DNA from: Syntrophothermus sp. DTU052
GTDB taxonomy: Bacteria; Bacillota; Syntrophomonadia; Syntrophomonadales; DTU052
DNA: 60,800 nt
Direction of reading: 5' to 3'
Assembly: GCA_001512495.1 (NCBI GenBank)
Contig: LFRU01000036.1
Coordinates: 1 to 60,800, forward strand
Of this stretch, positions 42,834-53,201 are shown in pieces. Position 1 is the stretch's first letter; each line of letters opens with the position of its first letter. The notes below the pieces were generated by a model, which ran no database searches, was not told the origin of the DNA, and saw only the letters and a program-made list of their open reading frames with translations. The translations under genes and the position numbers were made by a program.

Positions 42834-44195
42834 ATGGAGGCAAAATTGAAAGACAAGAGATTCGTGGTCCCTATTGTCATGGGCCTGGTTTGTATCCTTA
42901 CATATATTATAGGTTTTAACATCATATCCGAGCAAAAAACTAAAGCGACTGTTGTTGAAGTCAACAAAAAGGTTTTGTTTACAGCCAAAGACAAATCCCA
43001 GGTTGAAACAGCAATTGCTGATTTGATAGCCTGCGAAGAAAAGCGAATTGGGAACCATGTAACCCTCGCATCCCGACCTCAGTATCGGATTGCTCTGGTT
43101 CGTAAGAGTGAAATAGCCGACCAATCCAAGATAAAGAAGATACTGGAAGAATCTCTCCTGCTTCAAACCTCGGCCGCCCAGATCAAGGTAAACGGCAAGC
43201 CGGTTGTATGTGTAGCCGATGCAGACACGGCCAACCGGATCTTGTCCGACTTAAAGGTTTGCCTCAGCAATTGCATTGAAAACGAGAAGATAGTGGAAGT
43301 CGCTTTTGCCGAAAAGGTTGAAGTTGAGACAGGAATTCACCCGGTTCGCGAGGTGATGGATCCCGCCGAAGCGCAAAAACTGTTGGAAACCGGCGACACT
43401 TCCCCCATAGAGTACACCGTTAAGGAAGGCGATTCGCTGTGGTTGATAGCGCGGAAGCATGATACCCGGGTTGCAAATATCATGGCCTTGAACAACCTCA
43501 AGTCAGAAAAATTAAAACTGAATCAGAAACTGCTTATAAGCTCCAGTAATCCCCTGATTACAGTGGAGTCGGTGATTGAAGGCAAGAAGAAGGAGGTTAT
43601 TCCCTATACAACCAGGATAACTACCAGCAGTTCGGTCTCTTCAACTCAGGTCAAACAGCCGGGCCGAGACGGAGAGAAAGAGATTACCTACGTCCAGGTT
43701 AGAAAAAACGGCCGTGTTGTTGAAAACAAGATCCTATCCGAGGTCATAACGCGGGAGCCGGTTGACAGGATTGTTGTTACCGGAACCCGTAGTAGTTACA
43801 CCATGACCGCCTCCCGCGGAGGCTCGCACGTTGGAGGTCTGAGCTGGCCATTATCCGGCAAGATTACATCAAATTACGGTTCACGTGGCGGTTCTCATAC
43901 GGGAATGGATATTGATGGCCGCACCGGGGATTCTATTCGCGCAGCCGCCGGCGGTACTGTGACTTTTGCGGGACGTCAGGGTACATATGGGCTCATGGTT
44001 ACTATTGACCACGGCAATGGACTTAAGACCAGGTACGCTCATTGTTCCAGCATATTTGTCAAGGTAGGTCAGAAGGTCTCCAGAGGGGAGGTAATAGCCC
44101 GGGTGGGGTCCACGGGCAGGAGTACCGGTTCGCACCTCCACTTTGAGGTTATAAACAGAGGTTCTTTTCAGAACCCGTTGAGGTATCTGGATTAG
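42834..44195 (+). CDS. LysM-G5-M23 cell wall peptidase
   Basis: YTVKEGDSLWLIA LysM, G5 region, HTGMD/HLHF M23. Confidence 0.92.
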   Translation: MEAKLKDKRFVVPIVMGLVCILTYIIGFNIISEQKTKATVVEVNKKVLFTAKDKSQVETAIADLIACEEKRIGNHVTLASRPQYRIALVRKSEIADQSKIKKILEESLLLQTSAAQIKVNGKPVVCVADADTANRILSDLKVCLSNCIENEKIVEVAFAEKVEVETGIHPVREVMDPAEAQKLLETGDTSPIEYTVKEGDSLWLIARKHDTRVANIMALNNLKSEKLKLNQKLLISSSNPLITVESVIEGKKKEVIPYTTRITTSSSVSSTQVKQPGRDGEKEITYVQVRKNGRVVENKILSEVITREPVDRIVVTGTRSSYTMTASRGGSHVGGLSWPLSGKITSNYGSRGGSHTGMDIDGRTGDSIRAAAGGTVTFAGRQGTYGLMVTIDHGNGLKTRYAHCSSIFVKVGQKVSRGEVIARVGSTGRSTGSHLHFEVINRGSFQNPLRYLD

Positions 44196-44215
44196 TATTT
44201 TGGATTAAATCAAGG

Positions 44216-44243
44216 AAATTGCGGCATAACTTTGCCGCAATTT
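44216..44243 (+). terminator. Terminator-like hairpin
   Basis: aaattgcggca / tgccgcaattt. Confidence 0.6.
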
Positions 44244-44328
44244 AACTTTAACCGGATTGCCACAAAATGGACGCCCCTTTAGTCAAGCCCGGATAGTATA
44301 ATATGATTCGGGGAAGGAGGGGCTATTT

Positions 44329-45201
44329 TTGTGGGGAGAGAAAACTTTTTTCATCATCCGACCTCTTTTGGGTTTGGTGATTGCTGTATTGGTAGTTGCT
44401 CTATTACACTGGCTGAAGATCGCCAATCCCAGACAAGCAGTGTTTAACTGTTCTCGATTCTTGTCTCTGGGGAACACCCTTTTGCTTACCAGGGACTATG
44501 AGCAAATGGAAACGGAACATTTTACCGTAAGATTCAGTGAAGGTGATCACCAAAACGCGGCCATTGTCGCCGAGGCGGCAGAGGAAATATACGAACCGGT
44601 CACTCAGATGTTCAATTATGAACCACCGGCTTCGACGGTAATAGTTTTGCACCCTGATTCAACCAGCCTGGCAAAAGCATTTGGCTGGGACAGGGCTGAA
44701 AAAGCGATGGGGGTTTACTGGCGCGGTACTATTCGCATCCTGAACCCGGACGAGTGGATTACTGACGGTGACAAAAGGCAAACATTTATGAGAGAAGGGC
44801 CTATGGCCCACGAATTTGCGCACCTGCTGGTGGATTGTCTGACCCTGGGCAACTACCCTCGCTGGTACACAGAGGGTATTGCTCAGTATGTGGAGAAAAA
44901 GATTACCGGATTTGAATTGTATAACCCGGCCAAGTATAATGATGAATCAGCGGAATACTATAAATTTACTTTTCTGGAACAGAACTTTGACGAGTTGGAT
45001 CCAGGATTGGCTTACGGGCAGAGCTTGCAGGCCGTGGAGTTGATTGCTGCTGAATATGGCGAGGACATGGTTTTTCAGATTCTCGATTACCTGAGGAAGG
45101 GTGATGGCCTGCAGCAGTCTTTTGCCAAAGCTACTGGAAAATCTTTCGATACTTTTGAAAAAGAATTTCTTGCCGGGCGGCAGTCAAAGACTGCTGTCTA
45201 G
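44329..45201 (+). CDS. Peptidase MA-like zinc metalloprotease
   Basis: N-terminal TM; HEFAH..PRWYTEGIAQY. Confidence 0.82.
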   Translation: MWGEKTFFIIRPLLGLVIAVLVVALLHWLKIANPRQAVFNCSRFLSLGNTLLLTRDYEQMETEHFTVRFSEGDHQNAAIVAEAAEEIYEPVTQMFNYEPPASTVIVLHPDSTSLAKAFGWDRAEKAMGVYWRGTIRILNPDEWITDGDKRQTFMREGPMAHEFAHLLVDCLTLGNYPRWYTEGIAQYVEKKITGFELYNPAKYNDESAEYYKFTFLEQNFDELDPGLAYGQSLQAVELIAAEYGEDMVFQILDYLRKGDGLQQSFAKATGKSFDTFEKEFLAGRQSKTAV

Positions 45202-45228
45202 ACACACCATGGGCGAGGAGGTTAGTCA

Positions 45229-46479
45229 ATGCGAGACTCCCTGGTTATTGAAGGTGGTCACCGAGTTGAAGGAACGGTAAAAGTAAGTGGAGCAAAAAAT
45301 GCCAGCCTGGTGATAATTGCTGCCAGCATTTTGGCCCATGGGCGAACGGAACTGGAAAACGTGCCCAGGATCAAAGATGTAGAGGTTTTATTAGACATTT
45401 TAGCCAATCAGGGGTGTTTGACCGAATGGACTGATGAGGGGACCCTGGCTATTGAGGTGCCGGATAGTATTACTCCCGAGAGCCCTTATGAGCTTTCCAA
45501 GAAACTTCGGGCTTCCAACCTGCTGCTGGGCTCGCTCCTGGGTCGGAAGCGGGAAGCTAGAATAAGTATGCCCGGGGGATGTGACATAGGTTCGCGGCCT
45601 ATGGACCTGCACCTGAAAGGACTGCAGGCATTGGGGGCCACGGTAAGTTTGGAACATGGTTATATAGAAGCCACAGCGGGCAGGCTGCAGGGAGGCCGGG
45701 TTTATTTAGATTTTCCCAGTGTCGGAGCCACAGAGAACATTATGATGCTGGCATCGGTCACTCCGGGCACAACCATTATTGATAATGCCGCCAAGGAACC
45801 AGAAATCGTGGATCTGGCTAATTTTCTAAGTGCCATGGGTGCCAGAATCAGAGGAGCGGGTACTGATTTAATCAAGATCGAGGGAGCCAGCAAATTAAAG
45901 GCAGTCCGTTATGCGGTGATACCGGATAGGATAGAAGCCGGCACCTATATGGCAGCCGCTACCGTTACCGGCGGCGACATAATGATAGAAAACGTGATTC
46001 CGACTCATCTGCTGCCGATCAAGGCGAAGTTGGAAGAAACCGGAGCCCGCATAACCCAAATCAATGGCGGGATACGGGTACAGGGAACCGGGAGGATCAG
46101 GGCGGTGGATATAAAGACCCTGCCTTATCCGGGGTTCCCTACTGACATGCAGTCCCAGATGCTGGCCATACTTACTATTGCCGAAGGTACCAGCGTGATA
46201 GTAGAAAATGTTTTTGACAACCGTTTTCAGGTGGTAGATGAATTAAAACGCATGGGAGCCAAGATTAAAGTAGAAGGACATACGGCGGTGGTTGAAGGGG
46301 TCAAGCATCTTCACGGGGCTCGGGTTAAGGCTACCGATCTGAGAGCAGGTGCGGCTCTAATCCTGGCGGCGTTGGCTGCTCGTGGACAGACCGTAATTGA
46401 AAATGCATACTATATATTCCGTGGCTATGAGGATATCGAACGGAAATTAACCGGAATCGGAGTAAAGTTAATCAATTAA
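45229..46479 (+). CDS. murA: UDP-N-acetylglucosamine 1-carboxyvinyltransferase
   Basis: SGAKNA, PGGCDIGSRP, SVGATEN, PGFPTDMQ, DLRAGA. Confidence 0.97.
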   Translation: MRDSLVIEGGHRVEGTVKVSGAKNASLVIIAASILAHGRTELENVPRIKDVEVLLDILANQGCLTEWTDEGTLAIEVPDSITPESPYELSKKLRASNLLLGSLLGRKREARISMPGGCDIGSRPMDLHLKGLQALGATVSLEHGYIEATAGRLQGGRVYLDFPSVGATENIMMLASVTPGTTIIDNAAKEPEIVDLANFLSAMGARIRGAGTDLIKIEGASKLKAVRYAVIPDRIEAGTYMAAATVTGGDIMIENVIPTHLLPIKAKLEETGARITQINGGIRVQGTGRIRAVDIKTLPYPGFPTDMQSQMLAILTIAEGTSVIVENVFDNRFQVVDELKRMGAKIKVEGHTAVVEGVKHLHGARVKATDLRAGAALILAALAARGQTVIENAYYIFRGYEDIERKLTGIGVKLIN

Positions 46480-46553
46480 TCTCGTCAATGATAAGGATAA
46501 CGTTTATTCTCCCGTATATATAATACGGGGACCACATATACAATTCGGGTGTG

Positions 46554-47948
46554 CTAACCTGTATTGTGCGGGATGGTAACGGTAACCATATTTCCATGGC
46601 TATTCTTATGTGTAAAGTGGATGCTTCCCCTCAGGCTGTCGACCAGATGTTTGCAAACGGCTCGTCGAAAATCGGCGCCTTGTGCCTTGTCCGGGGCGGG
46701 GGGATCCAACACGCTGTGAAGCAAGTCCTGGTTTGCATCTCCGCTGTCGGCCAGCAGCAGCACAACTCCATCTTTACTGGATTTGGTTTGAATAGTGAGG
46801 ACCTCACCTTCACCCATGGAATGGAGAAACATCATAATCAGGTGGTTAACCAGGGCCTTTATTCTGTCGGCATCCCCTTTGATGTCAACCTTTCCTGATG
46901 AGTCCAGATAGAGTTCCAGCCAAACCCCCTTGTGGCAGGCGTTGGCTTCAATAGTCGGATAAAGCTCGGCAATGATATGATTCAGGTTAACCTGTTCGCG
47001 CCCATCTCGATAATCGGAGGACAGGATCATCAAATCTCGCAGCGTCTTTTCAATTCTGGAAACCTCATCCAGCAGCAAATCCCAGGGAATGTTTTCCGGC
47101 TTATCCCGGTAAAGCTGAATGAATCCCTTAACAACCGTCAGAGGGTTTCTGACCCGGTGTGCAGTTTCTTCTACCAGGCGAGAGATTATGTTGTGCGCCT
47201 CATTATGGGGCATCAACTCGGAAACGCTCTCCGGGATGTCGTAAACATGCAGACAGGCAATTACGGCTGTGACCTTCCCCCATACCGTGATAGGTTTGGT
47301 CTGCACCCGCAACATCTGATGCGGGCTGGAGCCGCTGAATGGGACCAACTTGGTCAGAGGGTGGGCGTCATGCAATGTCTGTAGAAGCAGGGCCGGCAAC
47401 TCAGGAAATAAACTTTCAAGAACTGCTACGGGACTGCCCAGTAAGGTGGATGCCCGGAGCTGAAAAAGACTCTCGAAGGCACAGTTTAACATGTTTATTT
47501 TTCCATCCGCCAGGATGGAGATCACCGGAATGGGCAGCTGCTCAATAACCACGTTGTCTATTGAGGTCTGATAAGCAGGCTCTTGACACTCATCAACTAT
47601 AAAGGCTGATCCCATGTCCGCCATTTCAAGGGTCGTTACCTTTAGATTGAGCTCGTCACCCTGGTCGTTTAGAATGTTCAGGTAAGCTTCTGATTGGTAT
47701 ATATGACTGGGATATACCCAGTGTTTTATTGATTCCCTCTTCTGGAACAGCCTCGCTAACAGCGAAAAGAGATTGTTACCCAAAACCTCTCTCGAAGGCA
47801 ATCCCAATACTTGAAGTATAGAACTGCTGGCGTAAATGATCGTGCCCTCGGAATCAATATATAGCAGACCGCTTTGAAAAGATGGGTTTAATGTATATTT
47901 TTGTAGTTTATCTTCAGGAGTGTCTAACACACTTGACATTAGACCCAA
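46554..47948 (-). CDS. PAS-PAS histidine kinase-like protein with degenerate ATPase domain
   Basis: Two PAS-like segments; AHRVRNPLTVVKGF H-box; N, G1 and G2 boxes eroded. Confidence 0.78.
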   Translation of the reverse strand: MGLMSSVLDTPEDKLQKYTLNPSFQSGLLYIDSEGTIIYASSSILQVLGLPSREVLGNNLFSLLARLFQKRESIKHWVYPSHIYQSEAYLNILNDQGDELNLKVTTLEMADMGSAFIVDECQEPAYQTSIDNVVIEQLPIPVISILADGKINMLNCAFESLFQLRASTLLGSPVAVLESLFPELPALLLQTLHDAHPLTKLVPFSGSSPHQMLRVQTKPITVWGKVTAVIACLHVYDIPESVSELMPHNEAHNIISRLVEETAHRVRNPLTVVKGFIQLYRDKPENIPWDLLLDEVSRIEKTLRDLMILSSDYRDGREQVNLNHIIAELYPTIEANACHKGVWLELYLDSSGKVDIKGDADRIKALVNHLIMMFLHSMGEGEVLTIQTKSSKDGVVLLLADSGDANQDLLHSVLDPPAPDKAQGADFRRAVCKHLVDSLRGSIHFTHKNSHGNMVTVTIPHNTG

Positions 47949-48006
47949 AGACTTGTTCCCCCTTCATAATACAGGGACCTTGAAATTACTCAACATATAA
48001 CCTGAT

Positions 48007-48034
48007 ATTCCACCAACAAAGGAGTCAATCCTCT
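48007..48034 (-). promoter_or_regulatory. Putative sigma-H promoter of the kinase-like gene
   Basis: Minus strand AGAGGATTG-12 nt-GTGGAAT. Confidence 0.5.
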
Positions 48035-48186
48035 AGCGAACCTTGACTATTTTTGTATTAGGCACCGCTGTTATTCATCGAATTATGATAGAATGTTGCG
48101 GTTTAGGGAGGTGGGTCTTAATGCCGAATACCAGACACATATTCATCAGGCACCGTTAGAATACTAACTAAGACGGAGGTGAAGAA

Positions 48187-49254
48187 GTGAAACGAAAGTT
48201 TATCCTGATGACAGCCGCCTTACTGTTGGTGGCAGCCGGTTATATATCCGGGCAACTGGTTGAGCCTCTATTGGCGAACCGGCAGTCGACCAGGGTCGAA
48301 AATGGAAATGGCCACTCGGTTATTCAGACTGCCCGGGACTTAAGCCCGTGCATAGTAAGCATTGTCAGCTACAGCGACGAGGGTGATTTTTTTTCTCAGC
48401 GTAAGGTGACCAAAAGCGGTTCGGGGGTGGTAATTGATCCTTCGGGCTACATTGTCACCAACAATCATGTTATCGATAATGCCGATAGAATTCAGGTCTC
48501 TTTCCACGACGGCCGCAGGAAGACGGCAAAGCTCATCGGGAAAGACCAGCGAACCGACCTGGCATTACTGAAGGTTGAGGGGGTCAAAGTTACCACCGCG
48601 GACTTCGGTGATTCGGATAGCCTGGTTGTAGGACAGGAAGTGGTTGCTATTGGGAATCCCATGGGAGAGAAATTCGCCCGCACGGTAACTGCCGGGGTAG
48701 TCAGCGGGTTGAACAGGATCTTGACTACTGAGGAGGGATTTGTTTTTCGTCTGATCCAGACAGATGCAGCCATAAACCCCGGCAACTCGGGAGGAGCCCT
48801 CTGTAACCTGCAGGGAGAGGTGATCGGAATCAATACGGTTAAAATCGCGGTATCGGGATATGAGGGCATGGGGTTTGCTATTCCCTCCAATCAGGTGGTT
48901 CAGGTGGTAAATGATCTACGCACCAAAGGAAGGGTAGAGCGCCCGGTAGCAGGGTTGCAGGTAGTTGACGAAGTGACCTCTGAGCTGGCAACCTACTACA
49001 ATCTCCCGGTAACGTATGGGGTGGCGGTAAAGCCGATAAAAGGAGGTCCGGCTGAGAAGGCGGGTCTGAAAGACTACGACATAATCAGGTCGGTGAACGG
49101 CAAAAAAGTCCAGACGGCCTATGACCTGCAGGAATGCCTGTTTAATTGTAAAGTGGGAGATGAAGCTACCTTAAGCGTTACGCGGCTTGCCCGCGGCCCC
49201 GGAGAACGATTGAAAAACTTTGACTGCAGGGTAACGCTCTGCAGTGATGGATAA
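48187..49254 (+). CDS. htrA: HtrA/DegP serine protease with PDZ domain
   Basis: GSGV, TNNHV, DLA, QTDAAINPGNSGG, PDZ. Confidence 0.95.
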   Translation: MKRKFILMTAALLLVAAGYISGQLVEPLLANRQSTRVENGNGHSVIQTARDLSPCIVSIVSYSDEGDFFSQRKVTKSGSGVVIDPSGYIVTNNHVIDNADRIQVSFHDGRRKTAKLIGKDQRTDLALLKVEGVKVTTADFGDSDSLVVGQEVVAIGNPMGEKFARTVTAGVVSGLNRILTTEEGFVFRLIQTDAAINPGNSGGALCNLQGEVIGINTVKIAVSGYEGMGFAIPSNQVVQVVNDLRTKGRVERPVAGLQVVDEVTSELATYYNLPVTYGVAVKPIKGGPAEKAGLKDYDIIRSVNGKKVQTAYDLQECLFNCKVGDEATLSVTRLARGPGERLKNFDCRVTLCSDG

Positions 49255-49501
49255 GGGCAACGGGTCATGATAAGGCACAAAGTCAGAGGCTGGTTCAACT
49301 AAGGTAACAGACCTCAAAGTGTCAGGGGGAGAAGCGTTTCGCCATTCAACAGTATAGTGTCGGTATTCCTGCAACTCGTCACGGTAGCAAGCAGGGAATT
49401 CCTGTTTCTATCCTTTTATGAGACAATGGTTATGAAGTCAGACGATTTGCCCAGGAACAGGTTTAGTAAGGCTTTTACTCCAACTATCCAGAGGATTATT
49501 T

Positions 49502-49981
49502 ATGCGCTTGCTTGTTATTTCCGTTGGTAAGGTGCGCGAAAGTTATCTTAATGCGGGGATTAAGGATTTCCTGACCCGGCTGCGTCCTTATGTAAGTGTT
49601 GAATATATTGAAGGACTGGAACAGAAAACCCAGCCGCGTTCTTCACCAGCGCAGATTACTTCGGCACTGGAAAAGGAGGGACAGCGGATTTTGTCCTGTA
49701 TCAGAGAAGGAGACTACGTGGTAGCCCTTGATTCAAGGGGAGAGTCTATGACCTCCGAAGTCCTGGCCCATAGAATTGGAGAACTTATGAACCAGGGAAA
49801 GTCCCGTGTGGTTTTTGTCGTTGGCGGCTCTCATGGCCTTGCACCGGACATACTCAAACGCGCCCAAGCAGTCCTTTCTTTCTCGTTGTTAACTTTCCCT
49901 CACCAGTTGGCCGTTCTCATGCTGCTGGAGCAGATCTACCGCAGCTTCAAGATCATCAGAGGTGAACCTTACCACAAGTAA
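49502..49981 (+). CDS. rlmH: 23S rRNA pseudouridine-1915 N3-methyltransferase
   Basis: VGGSHGL, TFPHQL, EQIYR, GEPYHK. Confidence 0.97.
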   Translation: MRLLVISVGKVRESYLNAGIKDFLTRLRPYVSVEYIEGLEQKTQPRSSPAQITSALEKEGQRILSCIREGDYVVALDSRGESMTSEVLAHRIGELMNQGKSRVVFVVGGSHGLAPDILKRAQAVLSFSLLTFPHQLAVLMLLEQIYRSFKIIRGEPYHK

Positions 49982-50175
49982 GGCAGGGCCTTTGAAGCAG
50001 GAATTCGATGAGAAAAGAGAAGCTGTTCTCAATAAGACTTTTGTCCGGTCCTTGCCCGAATGGCATAAAAATATCCCGTACCGCTTTTGCTGTGGATACG
50101 GGACCTTATTCTCTCTGTATAAGAGGACGGCTGGAGCAGTCGGAAACGATTCTTATGAATTCAACCATGCAGGCT

Positions 50176-50631
50176 TCAGGTATCGTTTCCGGGATTTGCT
50201 GTCGCATTGGTAACCGGTTCCCTGCTCGCTTCCTCTTCCCCGACCGTTTCCGGGGCTGCAGAGCTATCCGCAAACATTTCCGGTTCGTCCAACCCTTCCC
50301 TGGTATTGCTTCCGGGGTCGGGTTCAGTTGACATTGCCCGGCAAGTAGAGGCTATCCGGTTAATCCTGCCTACATAAAACAAGAGAAATGCAATTCCTCC
50401 ATAAATTGCAAGAGGCTCGAATACTCCCGGTAGAAACTGGGAGGGGATCAGGTGCTTATAGACCTCATCGGAAGGGTATCCCATGGCCAGGTAATAGTCT
50501 ATGGTATCTGCAAACGATACCATATTCAGAACCAGTAAAGAAACTGCAGCCAGGGCGGCGATTACAGCAAGAATAATCCTCAAGATTTCAACCGGTTTTC
50601 TCGCAACCTGGTTGGGGTCGTTTTGTTTCAT
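50176..50631 (-). CDS. Hypothetical two-TM membrane protein with acidic tail
   Basis: ATG after GGAG; two hydrophobic helices. Confidence 0.6.
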   Translation of the reverse strand: MKQNDPNQVARKPVEILRIILAVIAALAAVSLLVLNMVSFADTIDYYLAMGYPSDEVYKHLIPSQFLPGVFEPLAIYGGIAFLLFYVGRINRIASTCRAMSTEPDPGSNTREGLDEPEMFADSSAAPETVGEEEASREPVTNATANPGNDT

Positions 50632-50957
50632 AAGTATCTCTTCTCCAATCTGCCACCAGGCCAAAGTTCGGCAGGTGTTACACCCAACATATCCAGCATA
50701 GCTTAAGATTGTGAACAACCTGTGAAGTATCCGTAAAGCTTCATTGAACTTTTTTCCGGTTTACGTGGGGTGTTAACCCGGGACCCGAGGGAAAAAGCTG
50801 TTGGCACTCGTTAGAATCAGCTACGAGGCCAATACGTCGCATTAAAAGCATTAACCAAAACATGCCAAAGTATACCAACAAACAGCCGACCATTACGAAA
50901 AACATCGGTCGGCATCTCATTGACGAAATGGTCTCCGGAGCAGCATCCGATTGACAA

Positions 50958-51707
50958 TCAAGCCTCGATTTGGCCCTGTTCTCTCCTCTTCTTCCAGCGG
51001 TCAATTTCCCAGTCCCAGTATTTGTTGGCCTGTTCGAGGAAGGTCTGCTTATCCGGCATGAGGTCCTGTTGGATGATCTTCATAGTGTCTTCACGGATAC
51101 TGCCTTCGGTGATGAATTCGAAACCGGCCTTTTCCGTGGCCGCCAGGATTTCTTCTACTTTGGCCTTCAGGGGAGGGGCGCTCATGAACTCCGCCGCCGG
51201 GCGATAAATCTCGGCCCGTATTCTTCCAAGACCACGTCCGGCCATGAAATGCAACCAGTCGGACATGGGTTTGAAATGGTCTAACTCGTAAAATCCGGCA
51301 ACAGAAATAATAACCTTATCCGAAATCGCGGCAACCCGAGGCGGGTGGGTGCACAATCCGTCCTTCTCGACAATATACGGCTCATACATGGGGATGGACC
51401 GGTCAAGGAAGTTCTTGAACATCGCGGTGGGGCCAAAGATATACACAGGAGTAGCCCACACTTCCAGATCGGCTCCCGCCCGAATCTCCAGGATCTCTTT
51501 CATATCGTCCTTTTGGACACACTCTCCGGGAGTCTTGATCCAACAGGTATAGCAGCCGATGCAGTTTTTTATGTTCTTTTCTCTCAAGTTGATAACCTCA
51601 ACATCTGCTCCGGCTCTCCGGCAACCAGCAAGAAACGCCTCGAGGAGCATAGTGGTTTTCGATATCCTTGCCCCTCTCGGTCCTCCGTTAATTGCGACAA
51701 TCCTCAT
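50958..51707 (-). CDS. Flavodoxin-like (iron-sulfur flavoprotein / NADPH-dependent FMN reductase family)
   Basis: INGGPR, CIGCYTCW..PGEC...DDM, ATPVY, FKNFLDR. Confidence 0.88.
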   Translation of the reverse strand: MRIVAINGGPRGARISKTTMLLEAFLAGCRRAGADVEVINLREKNIKNCIGCYTCWIKTPGECVQKDDMKEILEIRAGADLEVWATPVYIFGPTAMFKNFLDRSIPMYEPYIVEKDGLCTHPPRVAAISDKVIISVAGFYELDHFKPMSDWLHFMAGRGLGRIRAEIYRPAAEFMSAPPLKAKVEEILAATEKAGFEFITEGSIREDTMKIIQQDLMPDKQTFLEQANKYWDWEIDRWKKRREQGQIEA

Positions 51708-51946
51708 ACGCAATTCCTCCCCTCACATTAACCCGGACGCATTATTACATAATTCATACATTACATTAATAAAATGGATTGTCAATTGTTGATGGCGACA
51801 CCTTAACCTCAGCGACTGACTCACTGGGGTTATAACTCTGCTTTTCCCCGGTATTTTCAGCAGCAGTATTTTCCAAGCAGCCACAAATGGGGAATACTAA
51901 TTATGAAAGCAGCCGGTGTTGTTGGCGAATTGGGAGATGATTTTGC

Positions 51947-52238
51947 AGGCCGGGAGGAGATGAGACCGGACCGCTGGGGCGCGGCCAATAACTGGAAGAG
52001 GCCGGGGATACTCTGGTTGGGCGGGGGTGAGGCGGCTGATGGAACAGGTCGAGGACCAGGGCAGGCCCGGGGTTCAGAGGGGTTTGGGCGAGGTCACGGA
52101 AGAGGTCCGACCGGGACCCGGGGAAGAGGCTTTGTTGGTTTATCCCCGGGGGAGTTGCCGCCGGAGGAAAAACGGGTGCTTGAAGGCTGGAGCTCATTAA
52201 CAAGGAATTAGAGGGCCAGTAAGCGAATGATAGAGTGA
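51947..52238 (+). pseudogene. Degraded DUF5320-like Gly/Arg-rich gene
   Basis: PGGDETGPLGRG, ITGRGRGY and LELINKELE segments in different frames; AGG at expected ATG. Confidence 0.6.
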
Positions 52239-52278
52239 CAGGAGTGCGCTCCTGTCACTCTATCATGGTAAGGAGAAT

Positions 52279-52647
52279 ATGAATATGCCACGACCAAGGA
52301 AATGGAGGAAAGTATGCTGTTTACCGGATAGCGACCGGTTTGGGCCACTAAACGCTTCCGTAAATACTGATCATATAATCATGACCGTTGAAGAGTACGA
52401 AGCTATAAGGCTGATTGACCTGGAGGGATTTACTCAGGAAGAATGTGCCGGGCAAATGAATATCGCCCGTACAACCGTTCAGGGGATCTATTCTGAAGCC
52501 AGAAAAAAGCTGGCGGAGTCTATCGTAAACGGGAAAGTACTGAGGATTGAGGGCGGAAACTACAAGCTCTGTGAGGGACGTTTGCCATCCTGTAAAGGCA
52601 GGGGCTGCCACCGGCAACGGTCTGGTGAAGATCTGTGCCGATGGTAA
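52279..52647 (+). CDS. DUF134 family HTH protein
   Basis: [39 protein letters not shown]. Confidence 0.9.
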   Translation: MNMPRPRKWRKVCCLPDSDRFGPLNASVNTDHIIMTVEEYEAIRLIDLEGFTQEECAGQMNIARTTVQGIYSEARKKLAESIVNGKVLRIEGGNYKLCEGRLPSCKGRGCHRQRSGEDLCRW

Positions 52648-52760
52648 CCAATACCATGATAGTATTAAAAGCGGTGAGGATGGCTGAGATGGCGGCCTGC
52701 CGGTTTTGGGTTTGGTTGAAAACAAGCATCGCGGGGAATGCAGCCATTTAAGGAGGTATT

Positions 52761-53201
52761 TTGGTGGACAGAGGTACCATCTATGCTATCTCTATAAGTC
52801 CGGAAAGAGGTCAACTCAAGCGAGAAGTGCAGGAGGCCACCATTATCGAGAATTACGGAATCGAAAATGATGGTCACGCCGGGGATTGGGGACGACAGGT
52901 GACCTGTTTAAGCTGGGAAAGTGTCAAAAGAATCAACCAAAGGCAGGGCTTGAATGCTGGTCCCGGTGATTTTGCTGAGAATATTCTCATTGCGGATATG
53001 GATCTGTCCTGGCTTACGGCCGGCAGCCGGATCAGGTTGGGTAAAGATGTGGTTCTGGAAGTGACCCAGGTTGGAAAAGAGGATCATCCCAGTATCGTTT
53101 CGAAAACGCAGGGAGTAAGTCTCTTGCCTGGTGAAGGCTTGTTCTGCAGGGTTCTTAAGGGCGGGCGAATAAAGAAAGGGGATCCTGTAGAGACGGTGTA
53201 G
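52761..53201 (+). CDS. MOSC domain protein
   Basis: GIENDGHAG, RQV, GDFAENI, LEVTQVGK, GRIKKGD. Confidence 0.88.
   Translation: MVDRGTIYAISISPERGQLKREVQEATIIENYGIENDGHAGDWGRQVTCLSWESVKRINQRQGLNAGPGDFAENILIADMDLSWLTAGSRIRLGKDVVLEVTQVGKEDHPSIVSKTQGVSLLPGEGLFCRVLKGGRIKKGDPVETV

Noticed and set aside
49255-49501. Expected small CxxH/CxxC protein between htrA and rlmH
   Set aside because: No ORF with that motif seen
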